Source of the DNA: Bilabrum cf. latius
Taxonomy: Eukaryota
Length of the DNA: 64,000 bases
Reading direction: 5' to 3'
Assembly: GCA_965178125.1 (NCBI GenBank)
Contig: OZ237748.1
Coordinates: 434,001 to 498,000, forward strand
Numbering within the stretch: position 1 is the stretch's first letter; every line of letters starts with the position of its first letter. Below the pieces are notes generated by a model. That model was not told the origin of the DNA. It saw only the letters and a program-made list of their open reading frames with translations, and did no database searches. Shown one piece after another: positions 1-13,000 of this stretch. The translations under genes were made by a program, and so were the position numbers.

Positions 1-1258
1 GGGGGGATGTGCATGCGGTGAACAAGGTGAGAGAGAGAAACAAATGTTGAGGAAGAGGTTGGTCTTGTGTGTGTCTGTGCTTGTGTGTTGGATGGGTGTG
101 TGTGTCTGTCCGGCTTGGGATTGACCACTCCCGGGTCCGAGACCCGCTGGCAGGTTACTTCGCGGTGCTCCCGCTACGTTGACGGATTGGGCCTGGACGC
201 TAGTGCGTGTATCTCGGGCTGTAGGCATACTGTGCTATCATGGTTTGGTTCCATGGGCGTGATTCGGGAGGTGTAATCCTTTGCTTGGATTTGACTCCGG
301 ATCTGAATGGTCGCATCGTGTTCGTGGAGCTTGCTTATAGCGCAACTGGATGCTGTGTAAAAAGTCTGCATTCGTTCGAGCACAGCACCTAAGCTCTGTG
401 GGTTTGGTACAATGTACATTCTTTGAATATGGTACCGGCGCATGTGGCTTGGTTGGCTTGTCGTTAGTGGTGATTTCGCAGTGCACCTTGCGCTACATCT
501 CGGTCGTCGGATCGCTTCCGGACCGCTGCCACACCAGGCCAAGCAAATCGGGGGAATATGTATTTCATGGATTCAAGCTCTGAAATATCTATCGATTTGC
601 CGGGCAATTGTTACAGATTTTCCATGTTGACTCATGACCTTTTAGAACCCTCCGATTCACCCGCAGGATGGAAAAACTCCCCTCCATGATGCAGCGTACT
701 GGGGCTACACCGCCTGCGCCACCATCCTCATGGAGGCAGGAGCCCGCAGGGACATCAAGAACATAGTGAGCTTGTCGAACTGCATCGTAATAGCTCTGGA
801 TTTCCGAATATCCAACAAGCTATCCTAAGGATCAAAGGACTCTCCCACCCACGAATCCCCCCCGTGCATCGCCGACACCCTGACCCCTCCAACCCCTTTT
901 GACTTCCTTGATCGAGCAGGCTGGCAGGACTCCTGTTCAGCAGGCACACGCCTTTGGTAGGACGGAAACCGCTACAGCCATCCAATCGTTCATCCCTGCT
1001 CGACTCCGTGCACCCCTATGCTGGAGGAGGGCAGTGGACGCCAAGAGGGATGCATCGATGGTGTTCAGGGCAGCGAGTGAGGGCAGGCCACTGGAGCTGG
1101 CCAGGAGGCTGAGGCTAGGCAAGCTGGCCGGTGGGTTGGATATCAAGGGAATAGCGATACATGGCAGTGGGAGCTCTAGGCTGGTGCTTCCACTGAAGGC
1201 AGCTAGGTTGGGTGGGCACGACGATTGCGTGAAGCTGCTGCAGTAGGCCTAGGGATGA
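1..1258 (+). CDS. Ankyrin-repeat gene, copy A (5'-truncated by window edge); exons <1-26, 667-765, 920-1258
   Basis: GT-AG bounded exons; 667-765 = DGKTPLHDAAYWGYTACATILMEAGARRDIKNI (33-aa ankyrin repeat). The last exon reads through TAG 1244 and 1250 to TGA 1256-1258. Homologous to copies B-E. Confidence 0.85.
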
Positions 1259-2052
1259 GCTCTAGGCTGGTGCTTCCACTGGAGGCAGCCAGGCTGGGAG
1301 GGCACGACGATTGCGTGAAGCTGCTGCAGGAGGCCTATGGAGGAGCTCTAGGCTGGTGTGGAGGTGGATCCCGCAGGGAGCGGGTCCGTGGACGTGGTGG
1401 AGGCGTGGGTGCGGGAGCAGCGGCTGCGGCTGTGCGAGGCCGAGCACCGGCGGGCCCCTCTGTCGCGGGCCGTGCTGGTGGGTCATACTCCACACTTCTT
1501 CGCCCGTTTGGGGGAGCCCTTTCGGATCGTAAGATAGCTATGTGATCGAACAGCAGGCTTTGCCCACGCGCATGCGGACGCAGCGGCTGGGGCGGGCTGC
1601 AGACGGCCGGGAGCGCGTTTGGATGGGCCAGCTAAAGAGGCTTCTCCACCCGAACCAGCACCAGCCAGCCTCTCACACGAGTACAATCGAATGAACATAC
1701 CATAAAGAGCAATATATCCAAATTCTGCCATGGAGGCCGTAGGAGGAACAAATTGCCGGGCCCGCACGTTTCGGCCGCAGTGGGCGAGACAGTCGCGCAG
1801 CGCCGCCGGCAAATTTTCTGCCGCCGATCAAATTCCGGCACAATCGACGCATACGGTCACAAAGAATAGGGTGGGAGCATTTTTCTTGTAGGGTCACTCC
1901 CCGCCCGCTCACAGGCGCCCATACATGATCCGTGCGCCTCGCCGGCTGTGCGCGGCGCCAAAACAAGTTCCGCTAATATGAATCCACGGATGTGGTCGGC
2001 AGCTGCTACCGCCTCTTGGAAAGCGCTAGTCCGATTGTTCTATCAGTTTGAG

Positions 2053-5000
2053 ATGTGAGGAAGTTTGTACTTTTTTTCTAGTACCGGTACAACTTGTTCA
2101 GACTGATGCCGCTCCGTAGCAGCTGTTGTATCCTAGCTACCTATGGTGCGTTGAGATCTCCTCGTGGATTCGATCCACATGAGTCTGCTGGAAGCGATAC
2201 AATACAATATGTTGGTGGATTTTCAAACTTCACAGGGGAGACGCACTTCGAACAGCAGCCCGATATGGCAAGGTGGACGACCTGAGGGCCTGCCTGGATT
2301 CGGGAACGGACATCGAATCCAAAAATTGCGTGAGATTGAGTACTTTGTCGAGCTGTTAGACTCCTTCTTGTGTTAGATTTCTCGTTTACGCTAGAAGGTC
2401 CATGTACAGGCTTTCACAAAGCTCACCATTGATGGGATGATGGCGATCCACCATTGGAGACCTGATGCACGCCATTGATTCTTCGATGAGCTAATTTAGG
2501 GGGCGATGCGGGGAAGCTAATAAGACTATGGATTGCTGCTGCTATATATACATGGCAGTGGCATCCACCTTTCGTTCTGCTTGCTCTCCGCGCCTGGCCA
2601 TTAGCGGATCCTCACCCCCCGCCACCAGGTTGCTCCCTTTCCTCGGGGTCTGCCACCCGCGACTACCCACCAACGGTTACGTATTTCTTAAGCGCATTGC
2701 AGAGTGGTCGGACAGCTGCATGGTTGGCTGCATGCTTCGGCGAGACGGACTGCCTGAAGCTGCTCATCGAGAGGGGCGCCAACGTGAACGCTGCCACCAA
2801 CGTGAGAGAGAGAGAGGCTGCCTGCCCCACAGGGCGGGTTGTAGGCGATACTTGGGATATTCTAGTTAGCTTGAGAGTTTATTATACTGTTTGTACCCGT
2901 TCAAGTGGCTGACACGACATCTAGCTAGCTCCTCGTCGATCGAGCCGGGCCGGACCCCCGAGCAAGTGCTCCCCGGTGACTGACGAAGTCTCAAGAAAAG
3001 GAGTGACTGTGTTTTGCTGTCTTGTGGACGCGGTCGATTGTATGTTGGTATGATTAAACCAAGCATGTCTTCAAGTAGTGGTGTGAGGCACCCTGGTCAT
3101 CGCTCAGCCCCGCCCGGCTGGCCCACCTGGCTCCCGTGCTGGGTGGGGCAGGTGGGTGGTGGCTTGCGGGATGCGGATTCACCCGAATTGTGTATGAGAT
3201 TTTAAGGCGAATGCATTTTGCTTGGTCGCCTTAGTATACTAGCTATATTCAAGGTTGGTTCTTGCCGGATGACAGCTCCCAGGGTGAGAACAGGACTGGC
3301 CTGTGTGACGAGCATGCATATCAATCCTCATTGCCTGGCTTGCGCCTTTGATGGGCAGAGTTCAATGAATTTGCACTAATCCGTACATACACAGTACAAC
3401 ATTGATGTAACTGATTTGAGTCATTTGTCTTCCAGGACCTGCACAGCTGGCGAGGCGGTCCCCCAGAGGGCCCCTCGGCTATTTCAGCCCACAGGCGGAT
3501 CCAAAGGCCGGGACCGGTCCCTGTCGTGATGGAATGGCTTGATAGGAAGATTGGTGTATGTTTGGATTGGTTTAGAATTTTAATGATTTTGTCCCTCGAG
3601 CGGGAATCGATCCGAGGACTACACCCCTAGGGCCCAGAGGGACTCCCACCGGTCTGTGCCAGCGCCCCCCCACACCCCCAGCACCCGCCCCATGCCCGCA
3701 TACACCCACGCCCACACCCTCCCCAAGCATATTCCCTGCCCCCCCCCCCCGCCCCCTGTCTCCCATCCCCCCACCGCAGAGTGGCTCCACACCCGTTCAT
3801 TGGGCATCCAGGAGTGGGCACGATGATTGCCTTCGATTGCTGCTTGAAAATGGGGGGGACGTGAATGCGGTGGATAGGGTGAGAGAGAGAGAGAAATGTT
3901 GAGGGAGAGGTTGGTCTTGTGTGTGTGTGTGCTTGTATGTTGGATGGATGTGCGTGTCTGTCCGGCTTGGGATTGCCCGCTCCCGGGTCAGAGACCCGCT
4001 GGAAGGGGCCCTTCGCGGTGCTCCCGCTGCGTTGATGAATTGGGGCTGGACACTAGTGCGCGTATCTCTGGCTGTAGGTCTGGTATGGTATTATGGTTCG
4101 GACCCATCGGCGTGATTTTGGGAGCGCAATCTTGCGATCGGATTCGACTCCGGATCCGAATGGTCGCATCGGATCTCCGTTTAGGAGCGATTGGTCGCTT
4201 TCAAAAGGTTCGGAGAGCTTTCATCTTATCAAAATGTGGTTGGTTTTCTATTTTAGGTCGAGCATCTACGGATTGACCGGTTCCGGAAGGATGCAATTGC
4301 GCTCGCCTGGCCAAGCCTTGGCTCATGGCCGATGGTCCATTCGATTCTCAAGCGGAGAGCAGTTGGCTCTGCTAGCGGGGCTGATTGTCTTCATTGTTGT
4401 GTAATTTGTCCTTTTAGCATGGTATTGGAGGCGGGGAGACATAGCCAGCGGAGATGAGCCTCCTGCTGTGGTTCCTCGCAAGAACAGTGGCCGTCCATGA
4501 GCGTGTGTATTTGATGAATGGTATATCTGATGAATCGAAGTTGACTGGGTCAGATCGATGGTGCGTTGGATGTATGGCGGGCCTTGGACTGTGTGTCTGA
4601 ACGGGTCTGACCCGAGATCGGAATGTTGGGCTGCTTGGCAAGTCAAATCAATTTCCTTGGTTAGTTTGAATGTAGATCCTGTATCAAAATACTTGGTGTG
4701 CATGGAGCTTGCTGACATCGCAACTGGATGCCCTGTGAAAAGTATTCAGTAGTCGTTCCAGCACAGCACCTGAACGCTGTGGATGCAGCCTGTCTCAATC
4801 GGCACTGCCTGGTCTGGAGCCGCAATGGATTCAAAGAAATATATGTGGTCAAGGTATTGTACGAATACTTTTGGTTTGGTCCGAGTGTCGTAAGTGGTAG
4901 TTTGACAGTGCACCTGGTGCTGCCTCTCAGTCGTCGGCTCGCTGCCGGACCGCTGCCACACCAGGCCAAGCACATCGGCGGAATATGTTTTGCATTGGGA

Positions 5001-5694
5001 TTTAGTCTCTGAAAGATCGATCGACCGGGCAATTGTTTGAGATTTGCCATGTTGGCTCATGACCTTCGAGAACCCTCCGATTCAACCGCAGTGGGGGGAC
5101 ACTCCCCTTCACGATGCAGCGTACAATGGCAAGACCGCCTGCACTACGATCCTAATGGAGGCAGGGGCCCGCAGGGACATCAAGAACAACGTGAGCTTCC
5201 ACAGATGCATCGCAATAGCCCTGGATTCCCAAATGTCCATCAAGCTATCCAAGGGATCGAAGAACCCTCCCACCCAAGAATCCACCCCCCGTGCATCTTT
5301 GACCCCGTGACCCCTCCTCTCTCCGTCGCTTTCTTTGATCGAGCAGGATGGCAAGACTCCCGCAGAGCTTGCAGACAGACGGGGGAATCCAATAACCGCT
5401 GCCGCCATCCGGTCATTCGTTACGCCAAGGCTCCGTCGGATTAAGGGTATCAAGTGCTGGAGGCGGGCAGTGGAGGCCAAGAGGGATGCATCGATGGTGT
5501 TCAGGGCGGCGACTGAGGGCAGGCCACTGGAGCTAGAAAAGAGGCTGAGGCTGGGCAAGCTGGCAGGTGGGTTGGAGATCAAGGGAATAGTGATGGATGG
5601 CAGTGGGAGCTCTAGGCTGGTGCTTCCACTGAAGGCAGCCAGGCTGGGAGGGCACGATGATTGTGTGAAGCTGCTGCAGGAGGCCTAGGGATGA
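2053..5694 (+). CDS. Ankyrin-repeat gene, copy B; exons 2053-2054 (AT), 2236-2329, 2703-2801, 3780-3878, 5092-5190, 5347-5694
   Basis: Splicing gives M-GDALRTAARYGKVDDLRACLDSGTDIESKNC / SGRTAAWLAACFGETDCLKLLIERGANVNAATN / SGSTPVHWASRSGHDDCLRLLLENGGDVNAVDR / WGDTPLHDAAYNGKTACTTILMEAGARRDIKNN / DGKTPAELA...CVKLLQEA(Q)G-TGA. The three internal repeat exons are each exactly 99 nt with CAG| and |GTGAG sites. Confidence 0.88.
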
Positions 5695-7040
5695 GGTCTT
5701 GGCTGGTGCTTCCACTGAAGGCAGCCAGGATGGGAGGGCACGATGATTGCGTGAAGCTGCTGCAGGAGGCCTAGGGATGAGGTCTAGGCTGGTGAGGAGA
5801 AGGATCGCGCGGGGGGCGGGTCTGTGGACGTGGTGGAGGTGTGGGTGAGGGAGCAGAGGCTGCGGCTGTGCTAGGCCGAGCACCGGCGGGCCGCTCTGTC
5901 GTAGGCCGCGCTGGTGGGTCACCGGGCTGCCCTCGAGGCAGAGGCAGGGCAAGCTGGCGCAATCGGATGCCGCCCCTGCGAATGGCTCGAGCTCTGCCTC
6001 GGGTTGGGCAATCAAGGGACAGAAGAGGGGCAGAAGGAGGAGGGGGTGGGTGCAAAGGGGGAGAGGGCGGGGGCGGAAATGGAAGGGGTGAGCGACTAGC
6101 CGTGGCGGCCAAGGGCATGGGATGGGTCCAGCGAGGACGAGTACGACCCAGCGGACGCCTCAAAGTGGTCCGACCCCCTGCACTGGTCCTCTCGCAGATC
6201 GACCCGAATGGGGGTGCTCTCGCGATTGGCAGCGGAATACATAGAGGCATTTGCGAGAGCCATGCCGGAGGACTGGAGGATGGCTCCGCGACGGGAGGGC
6301 CGATGACGAGGGTGGGGGGGGGGGCGCCGGGGCCGCAATGGCGGGAGACGAGAACGGAAAGGGTGTGGCTGCTGCTATGGGGGATGAACACAATGGCAGT
6401 GAAGTCGCCCTCGATACGATGCGCGAGGAAATTCCCGATTTCGAGGCGCTGATCGATGACGAGGAGCAAGACGCGGAGGACGCGCCTCGGGCGGCCAGGT
6501 GCTCGGCGGCTGTGTTGGCCAGCAAGTAGCTCTAGGCGTTCGACGCGATCGGAGGGAAGAAGCCCCCCTTGCTGCCAGACCCAGGGGAAGGCATCTGAGC
6601 GCCCTGCCATCTCTGGGGTGGGGGGGGGGGAGCAACGGTGTGGCGCGGCCTGCCAGTGCCGTATTGGGGTGGCTGGACCCGTTCTAGGCAAACCCCCGCA
6701 CTGCCTCGCCAGGTTGGGGGTGTTCCATGTAGTCCATGCGATAGAAATGCAATGCAACAACAGGCTGCATCCTTGGACATGCGGCTGCAGCCGAATTCGA
6801 CCATCTCGCAACAATCGATGTCTAGCGCTTGTCGATACAAATGTTGTAAATACGCTCAGTGATACAATGAAGAAGACGGTTATATCTACATGGACTGCGC
6901 CAGAGGCCCATACGTGATCTGGGCGCCTCTCCGGCAGTGCGCGGCGCCAAAATAAGTTCCGCTCACTTGAATGTGCCCAGCCGCCGCTAACGAAACTATC
7001 CTCTTGAAAGGCGCTGGTCCCATTGTGACAGCAGTTTGAG

Positions 7041-10000
7041 ATGTAAGATAGTGTGTTTCTCTATTTGGCTACCGATACAACTCGTTGAGGAGGGTACCGC
7101 ACCGTAGCAGCTGTTGTTACAGTGTTGTATCCTGGCTACCTATGGTGTGTTGAGATCTCCTCGTGGATTTGATCCATATGAGTCTGCTGGAAGCGATATA
7201 TACAATACTTCCGTCGATCTTCAAGCTTCGCAGGGGAGAAGCACTTCGATTAGCAGCCAAAAATGGCCAGGTGGATGACCTGAGGGCCTGCCTGGATTCG
7301 GGATCTATCATAATGACAATTATTACTGAGAATATCGCGGCACAGCTGTAGAACACAGGTGCCACCGAAATTCCGAACAAGTGAGAGCCTCACATCTGCG
7401 CTCGGACTTGCGACCAATACTACACAATCTCTCCGATCTAAATCACTTCGTAACGTGCCTCCGTACCTACGGCACACAACTGACGGGAACGGACATCGAA
7501 TCCAAAGATGTCGTGAGATTGAGCTCTACTTGTCGAGCAGTTGGATTCCTTTTTGGGATAATATTAATGTGAAGATCGAAAGGTCCACGCACAGGCTGTT
7601 TCGGAGCTCACCAGTGATGGTATGACGGCGATCCACCATTGGAGACCTGTTGCACGCCATCGATTCATCGGCGAGCTAAATTAGAGGGCGAGTCGCGGAA
7701 GCTAATATGATTCAGGTGCAATGGTGTGCGTACATGACATTGGAAGGCACCTCTTCTTCTGCTGGCACTCCGCGCCTGGCCATCAGCGGATCCTCACCCC
7801 CCGCCACAAGGTTGCTCCCTTCCCTCGGGGTCTGCTTGCCATCCACGGCTACCCACCAATGGTTACATCTTTCTTTGGTGCATCGCAGAATGGTAGGACA
7901 GCTGCATACTGGGCAGCATGGGAAGGCAAGACTGACTGCCTGTAGCTGCTCATCGAGAGGAGCGCCAACGTGGACGCTGCAAACAACGTGAGACGGAGAG
8001 GCTGCCAGCCCATGAGAGCGGCATGTGGGCAATTTCTAGGGTATTTAACTTGGTTTGAGAGATCATTATGCTGTTTGTATGCGTTGGAAGATAGCAAGCT
8101 GGCATCTCATTCGCCCCTCGTCGATCGACCCGGGCCCCCGAGCAAGTTCTCCCCGGGGGTGACTGACAAGATCTTAAGAGGAGGCGCGATTTGTTATTGC
8201 TGTCGTCTGGATGCGGTCGATTGCATGTCGTAATATTTGACTATGCATGTCTTCAAGCAGTGGTGCGAGGCACCCTTGCCATCACTCAGCGCCGCCCGGC
8301 TGGCCAACCTGCCTCTCGTGCTGGGTGCGGCAGGTGAGTGGTGGCTTGCAGGATGCGGATTCACCCGAGTTGTGTCTGAGTGTTCGTGGCGAATGCCTAT
8401 TGCTTGGTCGACTTTGTATACTTCCTTTGTTCAAGGTTGGTTGTCGATCGATGGCAGCTCCCCGGGGGAGGACAGGATTGGCCTGTGTGACGAGTATCAG
8501 CTCGATCCTCATTGCCTGGCTTGTGCCTCCGATGGGCGGAGTTCAACGAGTTTGCACTGATCAGTACATATATAGTATGACATAGATGTGATTAATTTGA
8601 GTCATTTGCCTTTCAGGACCTGCACAGCCGGCGAGGCGGCCGCTGCCCGTCCCCCCAGAGGGCCCCTCGGCTATCTCAGCCCACAGGCAGATTCAGAGGC
8701 CGGGACCGGTCTTTGTCGTGACGAAATGGTTTGGTAGGAAGATTGGTGTATGTTTGGATGGGTTTCGATTTTGATGATTTTGTCTCTCGAGCGGGAATCG
8801 ACCCGGGGACTGCGCCCCTTGGGCCCAGAGTGACTCCCACCAGTCCGTCCCAACGCCCCCCCCCACACCCCCATCGCCTGCCCCATGCCTATACACACCC
8901 ACACCCACACCCACCCCAAGCACACCCCCTGCTCCCCCCCACCCCCTGTCTCCCATCCCCCCACCGCAGTATTGCGCCACACCCGTTCATGTGGCAACCG
9001 AGTATGGGCACAAGGATTGTCTTCGAATGCTGCTTGAAAATGGGGGGGACGTGAATGCGGTGGATTGTGTGAGAGAGAAAGATATATGTTGAGGGAGAGG
9101 TTGGTCTTGTGTGTTGGATATATGCGTGTGTCTGTCCGGCTTGGGATTGCCCGCTCCCGGGTCGGAGACCCGCTGGCAGGTCCCTTCGCGGTGCTCCCGC
9201 TGCGTTGATGGATTGGGGGTGGTGCTAGTGCGCGTTTATCTCGGGCTGTAGGTATGCTATGGTATCATGGTTTGGAATCATCGGCGTGATTTTGGGAGCG
9301 CAATCCTGCGATTAGATTCGACTTCGGAACCGAATGGTCGCATCGGATCGCCATTTGGGAGGGATTGGTTGCTCTGAAACAACCAAACGAGGTTTGTTCG
9401 AATGAACTTGTGCATAGATCTAGTTTGTCTGGTCAGTTCGTGCATTGACGGGTTGACCGGTTCTGGAAGGAAGTAACTGCGCTCGCCTGGCCAAGCCTTG
9501 GCTGGTGTTCGATGGTCCATTCGATTCTCCAGCGGAGAGCGTTTGGCTCTCTTCGCGGGTCTGATTGTCTTCATTGTTGTGTAATTCGACATTTTGGCAT
9601 GTTGTTGGTGGCGGGGGGTCATATCCAAGCGCGTGGACCGTCCTGCCGAGATTGCTCGCAGAACAGTGGGCGTCCATGAGAGTTTGTTCGGCTATGAAGC
9701 GATGCCGGATGCCTCATTTGGACTTGATGTATGTGTATTTCTTATGAATCGAACTTGTTCGGGCCGGATCGTTGGTGTGTTTGATGTATGGCGGGCCTTG
9801 GACCGTGTGTCTGAACAGCTCTGTCCGGTTCGTTCTGGCGAAGCTTCGCTGGCATCGGATCACCCGAGATTTTGGGCTGCTTCGCCAGTGGATATCAATC
9901 TGCTTGGTTGGTGTGTGTATGGATCTGTATCAAAATACTTGGAGTGCGTATAGCTTGCCGCTTGTGTTGATTCGCTCGGTTGGTCCGCGATGGCAGAGCT

Positions 10001-13000
10001 CGCCTGGCATGCATGGGTCGCTGGCATGCATGGGTCGCTGGCATGTAGAGATGTGACATGAGTATCAGTTTGGACCTTGTATGGAAGCATATGATCAAGT
10101 GTTTGTGTGGTATTTTCCATGATGTGCAGCGCAACTGGATGCTGTGCGTATAGTGTCCTGCCTTCCTACCAGCGTGGCACCTGAACTCTCTGTGGCAGCA
10201 GCCCGTCTCGATCGGCACTGGCTAGTCTTGAGCAACAATTGATTCATTGCAATATATTTGTATCTGGTATTGCACCAATGCATGTGGATTGCTTGGATTG
10301 TGGTCAATGAGCTGCACAGCTGGCGAGGCGGCCGCTGCCCGTCCCGCCAGAGGGCGCGTCGGCGATCTCAGCTCCCAGGCGGATTCAGAGGCCGGGACCG
10401 GTCCCTGTCGCGATGGAATGGCTTGATCGGATGTTTGGATAGGTTTTGACTTTAATGATTTGGTCCCTCGAGCGGCAATTTGACCCGGGGACTGCGCCCC
10501 TAGGACCCAGAGCGACTCCCACCAGCCCGTGCCAAAGCCCCCCCTACACCCCCGAGCACCCGCCACATTCCAACACAGATCCAAACCCACCCAAACCACA
10601 CACCCCGTATCACCCTACCCCCTGTTTCCCATCCCCCCACCGCAGTATGGCGCCACACCCGTTCATGTGGCATCCGCGGATGGCCACAAAGCCTGCCTTG
10701 GGGTGCTGCTTGAAAATGGGGGGGACGTGAATGCGGTGGTTGAGGTGAGAGAGAGAAAAATATGTTGGTCTTGTGTGTGTGTATGCTTGTATGCTGGATG
10801 GGTGTGCCTGTCTGTCCGGCTTGGGATTGCCCGCTCCCGGGTCCGAGACCCGCTGGCAGGTCTCTTCGCGGTGCTCCCGCTGCGTTGACGGATTGGGGCT
10901 GGAGACTTGCGCCTTTATCTCGGGCTGTAGGTATGGTATGGTATCATGGTTTGGAATCATCGGCGTGATTTTGGGAGCGTAATCCTGCGATCGGATTCGA
11001 CTCCGGATCCGAATGGTCGCATCGGATCGCCTTTCTGGAGCAATTGGTCGCTTCGACATGGTTCGGAGAGCTTTATTCTTATCAAATAGTGGATGACTAT
11101 CTGTATCAAGTCACCCATTGCCGGATTGACCGTTTCCGGAAGGATGCAACTGCGCGCGCCTGGCCAAGCCTTGTCTGGTGTTCGATGGTCCATTCGATTC
11201 TCCAGCGGAGAGCGTTTGGCTCTCTTCGCGGGTCTGATTGTCTTCATTGTTGTGTAATTCGACATTTTGGCATGTTGTTAGAGGCGGGGGGTCATATCCA
11301 GCCGAGATGATCCTCCTGCTGTGATTCCTTGCGAGCACGGTGGCCGTCCATGAGCGTTTGCTCGGTGATGAAGTGATGTCTGATGCATGATTTAAATTAA
11401 TTGTATGTGTATTTCTTATCAATCAAACTTGTTTGGGCCAGATCGATGGTGCGTTTGATGTATGGCGGTCCTTGGACTGTGAGTCTGAACGGCTCTGTCC
11501 GGTTCGATCTGGCGAAGCCTTGTTGGCATCGGATCACCCAAGATTGGGATTTTGGGCTGCTTGGCAAGTGGAAATAATTTGCTTGGTTGGTTTGTTTGTG
11601 GAGCCTGTATCGAATCACTTGGTGTGCGTGGAGGTGGCTGACAGCGCAACTGGGTGCTGTGTGAAAAGTATACTGCAGTCGTTTGAGCACAGCACCTGAA
11701 CCCTGTGGATGTAGCCCGTCTTAATCGGCACTGGCTGGTCTGGAGCCGCTATGGATTCAAGGCAATGTATGTGTACTAGATTTTGTACGGATTCATTCGA
11801 GTTGCTTAAATTGCCATTAGATTAGATTTCGCGGTGCACCTGGCGCTACCTCTCGGTCGTCGGATCGATTCCGTCAGTTGTGTGCCGTAGGTACGGAGGC
11901 ACGTTACGAAGTGATTTAGATCGGAGAGATTGTGTAGTATTGGTCGCAAGTCCGAGCGCAGATGTGAGGCTCTCACTTGTTCGGAATTTCGGTGGCACCT
12001 GTGTTCTACAGCTGTGCCCCGATATTCTCAGTAATAATTGTCACTATGTGGCAATACACACTGGGAAGACAGGCAGGGGCAACTCCAGAGGAGGTGATTC
12101 CCGCTGCTTGTTGTTTTGAACTGGTCCAGCGGGAGGATGATCACCTCGACTCTAGGTCGGGCTGTTCACACCCGTTGCACGGATTGCATGATTGTTTTGC
12201 ATTTGCTTGGAGTTGCAGGTACACTTGATGTGTTCTGCTCTCTCCATGTGCTCAAGCATCTTCGCTTGTGGCGCTGGGGAGATTTCCAGCCAAGACTGGC
12301 GTTGCCACCTCTGCGGTGCCTTCGCTGTCTTGATGCACAATTTGCATGACGTGATATAAATAATTCCATGCTGGATAGTGTTTGCTTGGTGGACTGTGCG
12401 GCTATTGTAGTCGCTGCCGGGACTGTTGTTCTTGGCTGTCTCAAGCGGCACGCGGCAGGAGGTTGATCACCTCGACTCTAGGTCGGGCTGTTCACACCTG
12501 TTGCACGGATTGCATGATTGTTTTGCATTTGCTTGGAGTTGCAGGTACACTTGATGTGTTCTGCTCTCTCCATGTGCTCAAGCATCTTCGCTTGTGGCGC
12601 TGGGGAGATTTCCAGCCAAGACTGGCGTTGCCACCTCTGCGGTGCCTTCGCTGTCTTGATGCACAATTTGCATGACGTGATATAAATAATTCCATGCTGG
12701 ATAGTGTTTGCTTGGTGGACTGTGCGGCTATTGTAGTCGCTGCCGGGACTGTTGTTCTTGGCTGTCTCAAGCGGCACGCGGCAGGAGGTTGATCACCTCG
12801 ACTCTAGGTCGGGCTGTTCACACCTGTTGCACGGATTGCATGATTGTTTTGCATTTGCTTGGAGTTGCAGGTACACTTGATGTGTTCTGCTCTCTCCATG
12901 TGCTCAAGCATCTTCGCTTGTGACGCCGGGGAGATTTCCAGCCAAGACTGGCGTTGCCACCTCTGCGGTGCCTTCGCTGTCTTGATGCACAATTTGCATG

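Noticed and set aside
5771-6814. 347-aa minus-strand ORF and similar long Pro/Arg-rich ORFs (e.g. 28566-29558 +)
   Set aside because: GC-rich low-complexity or antisense shadows with no recognisable motifs.
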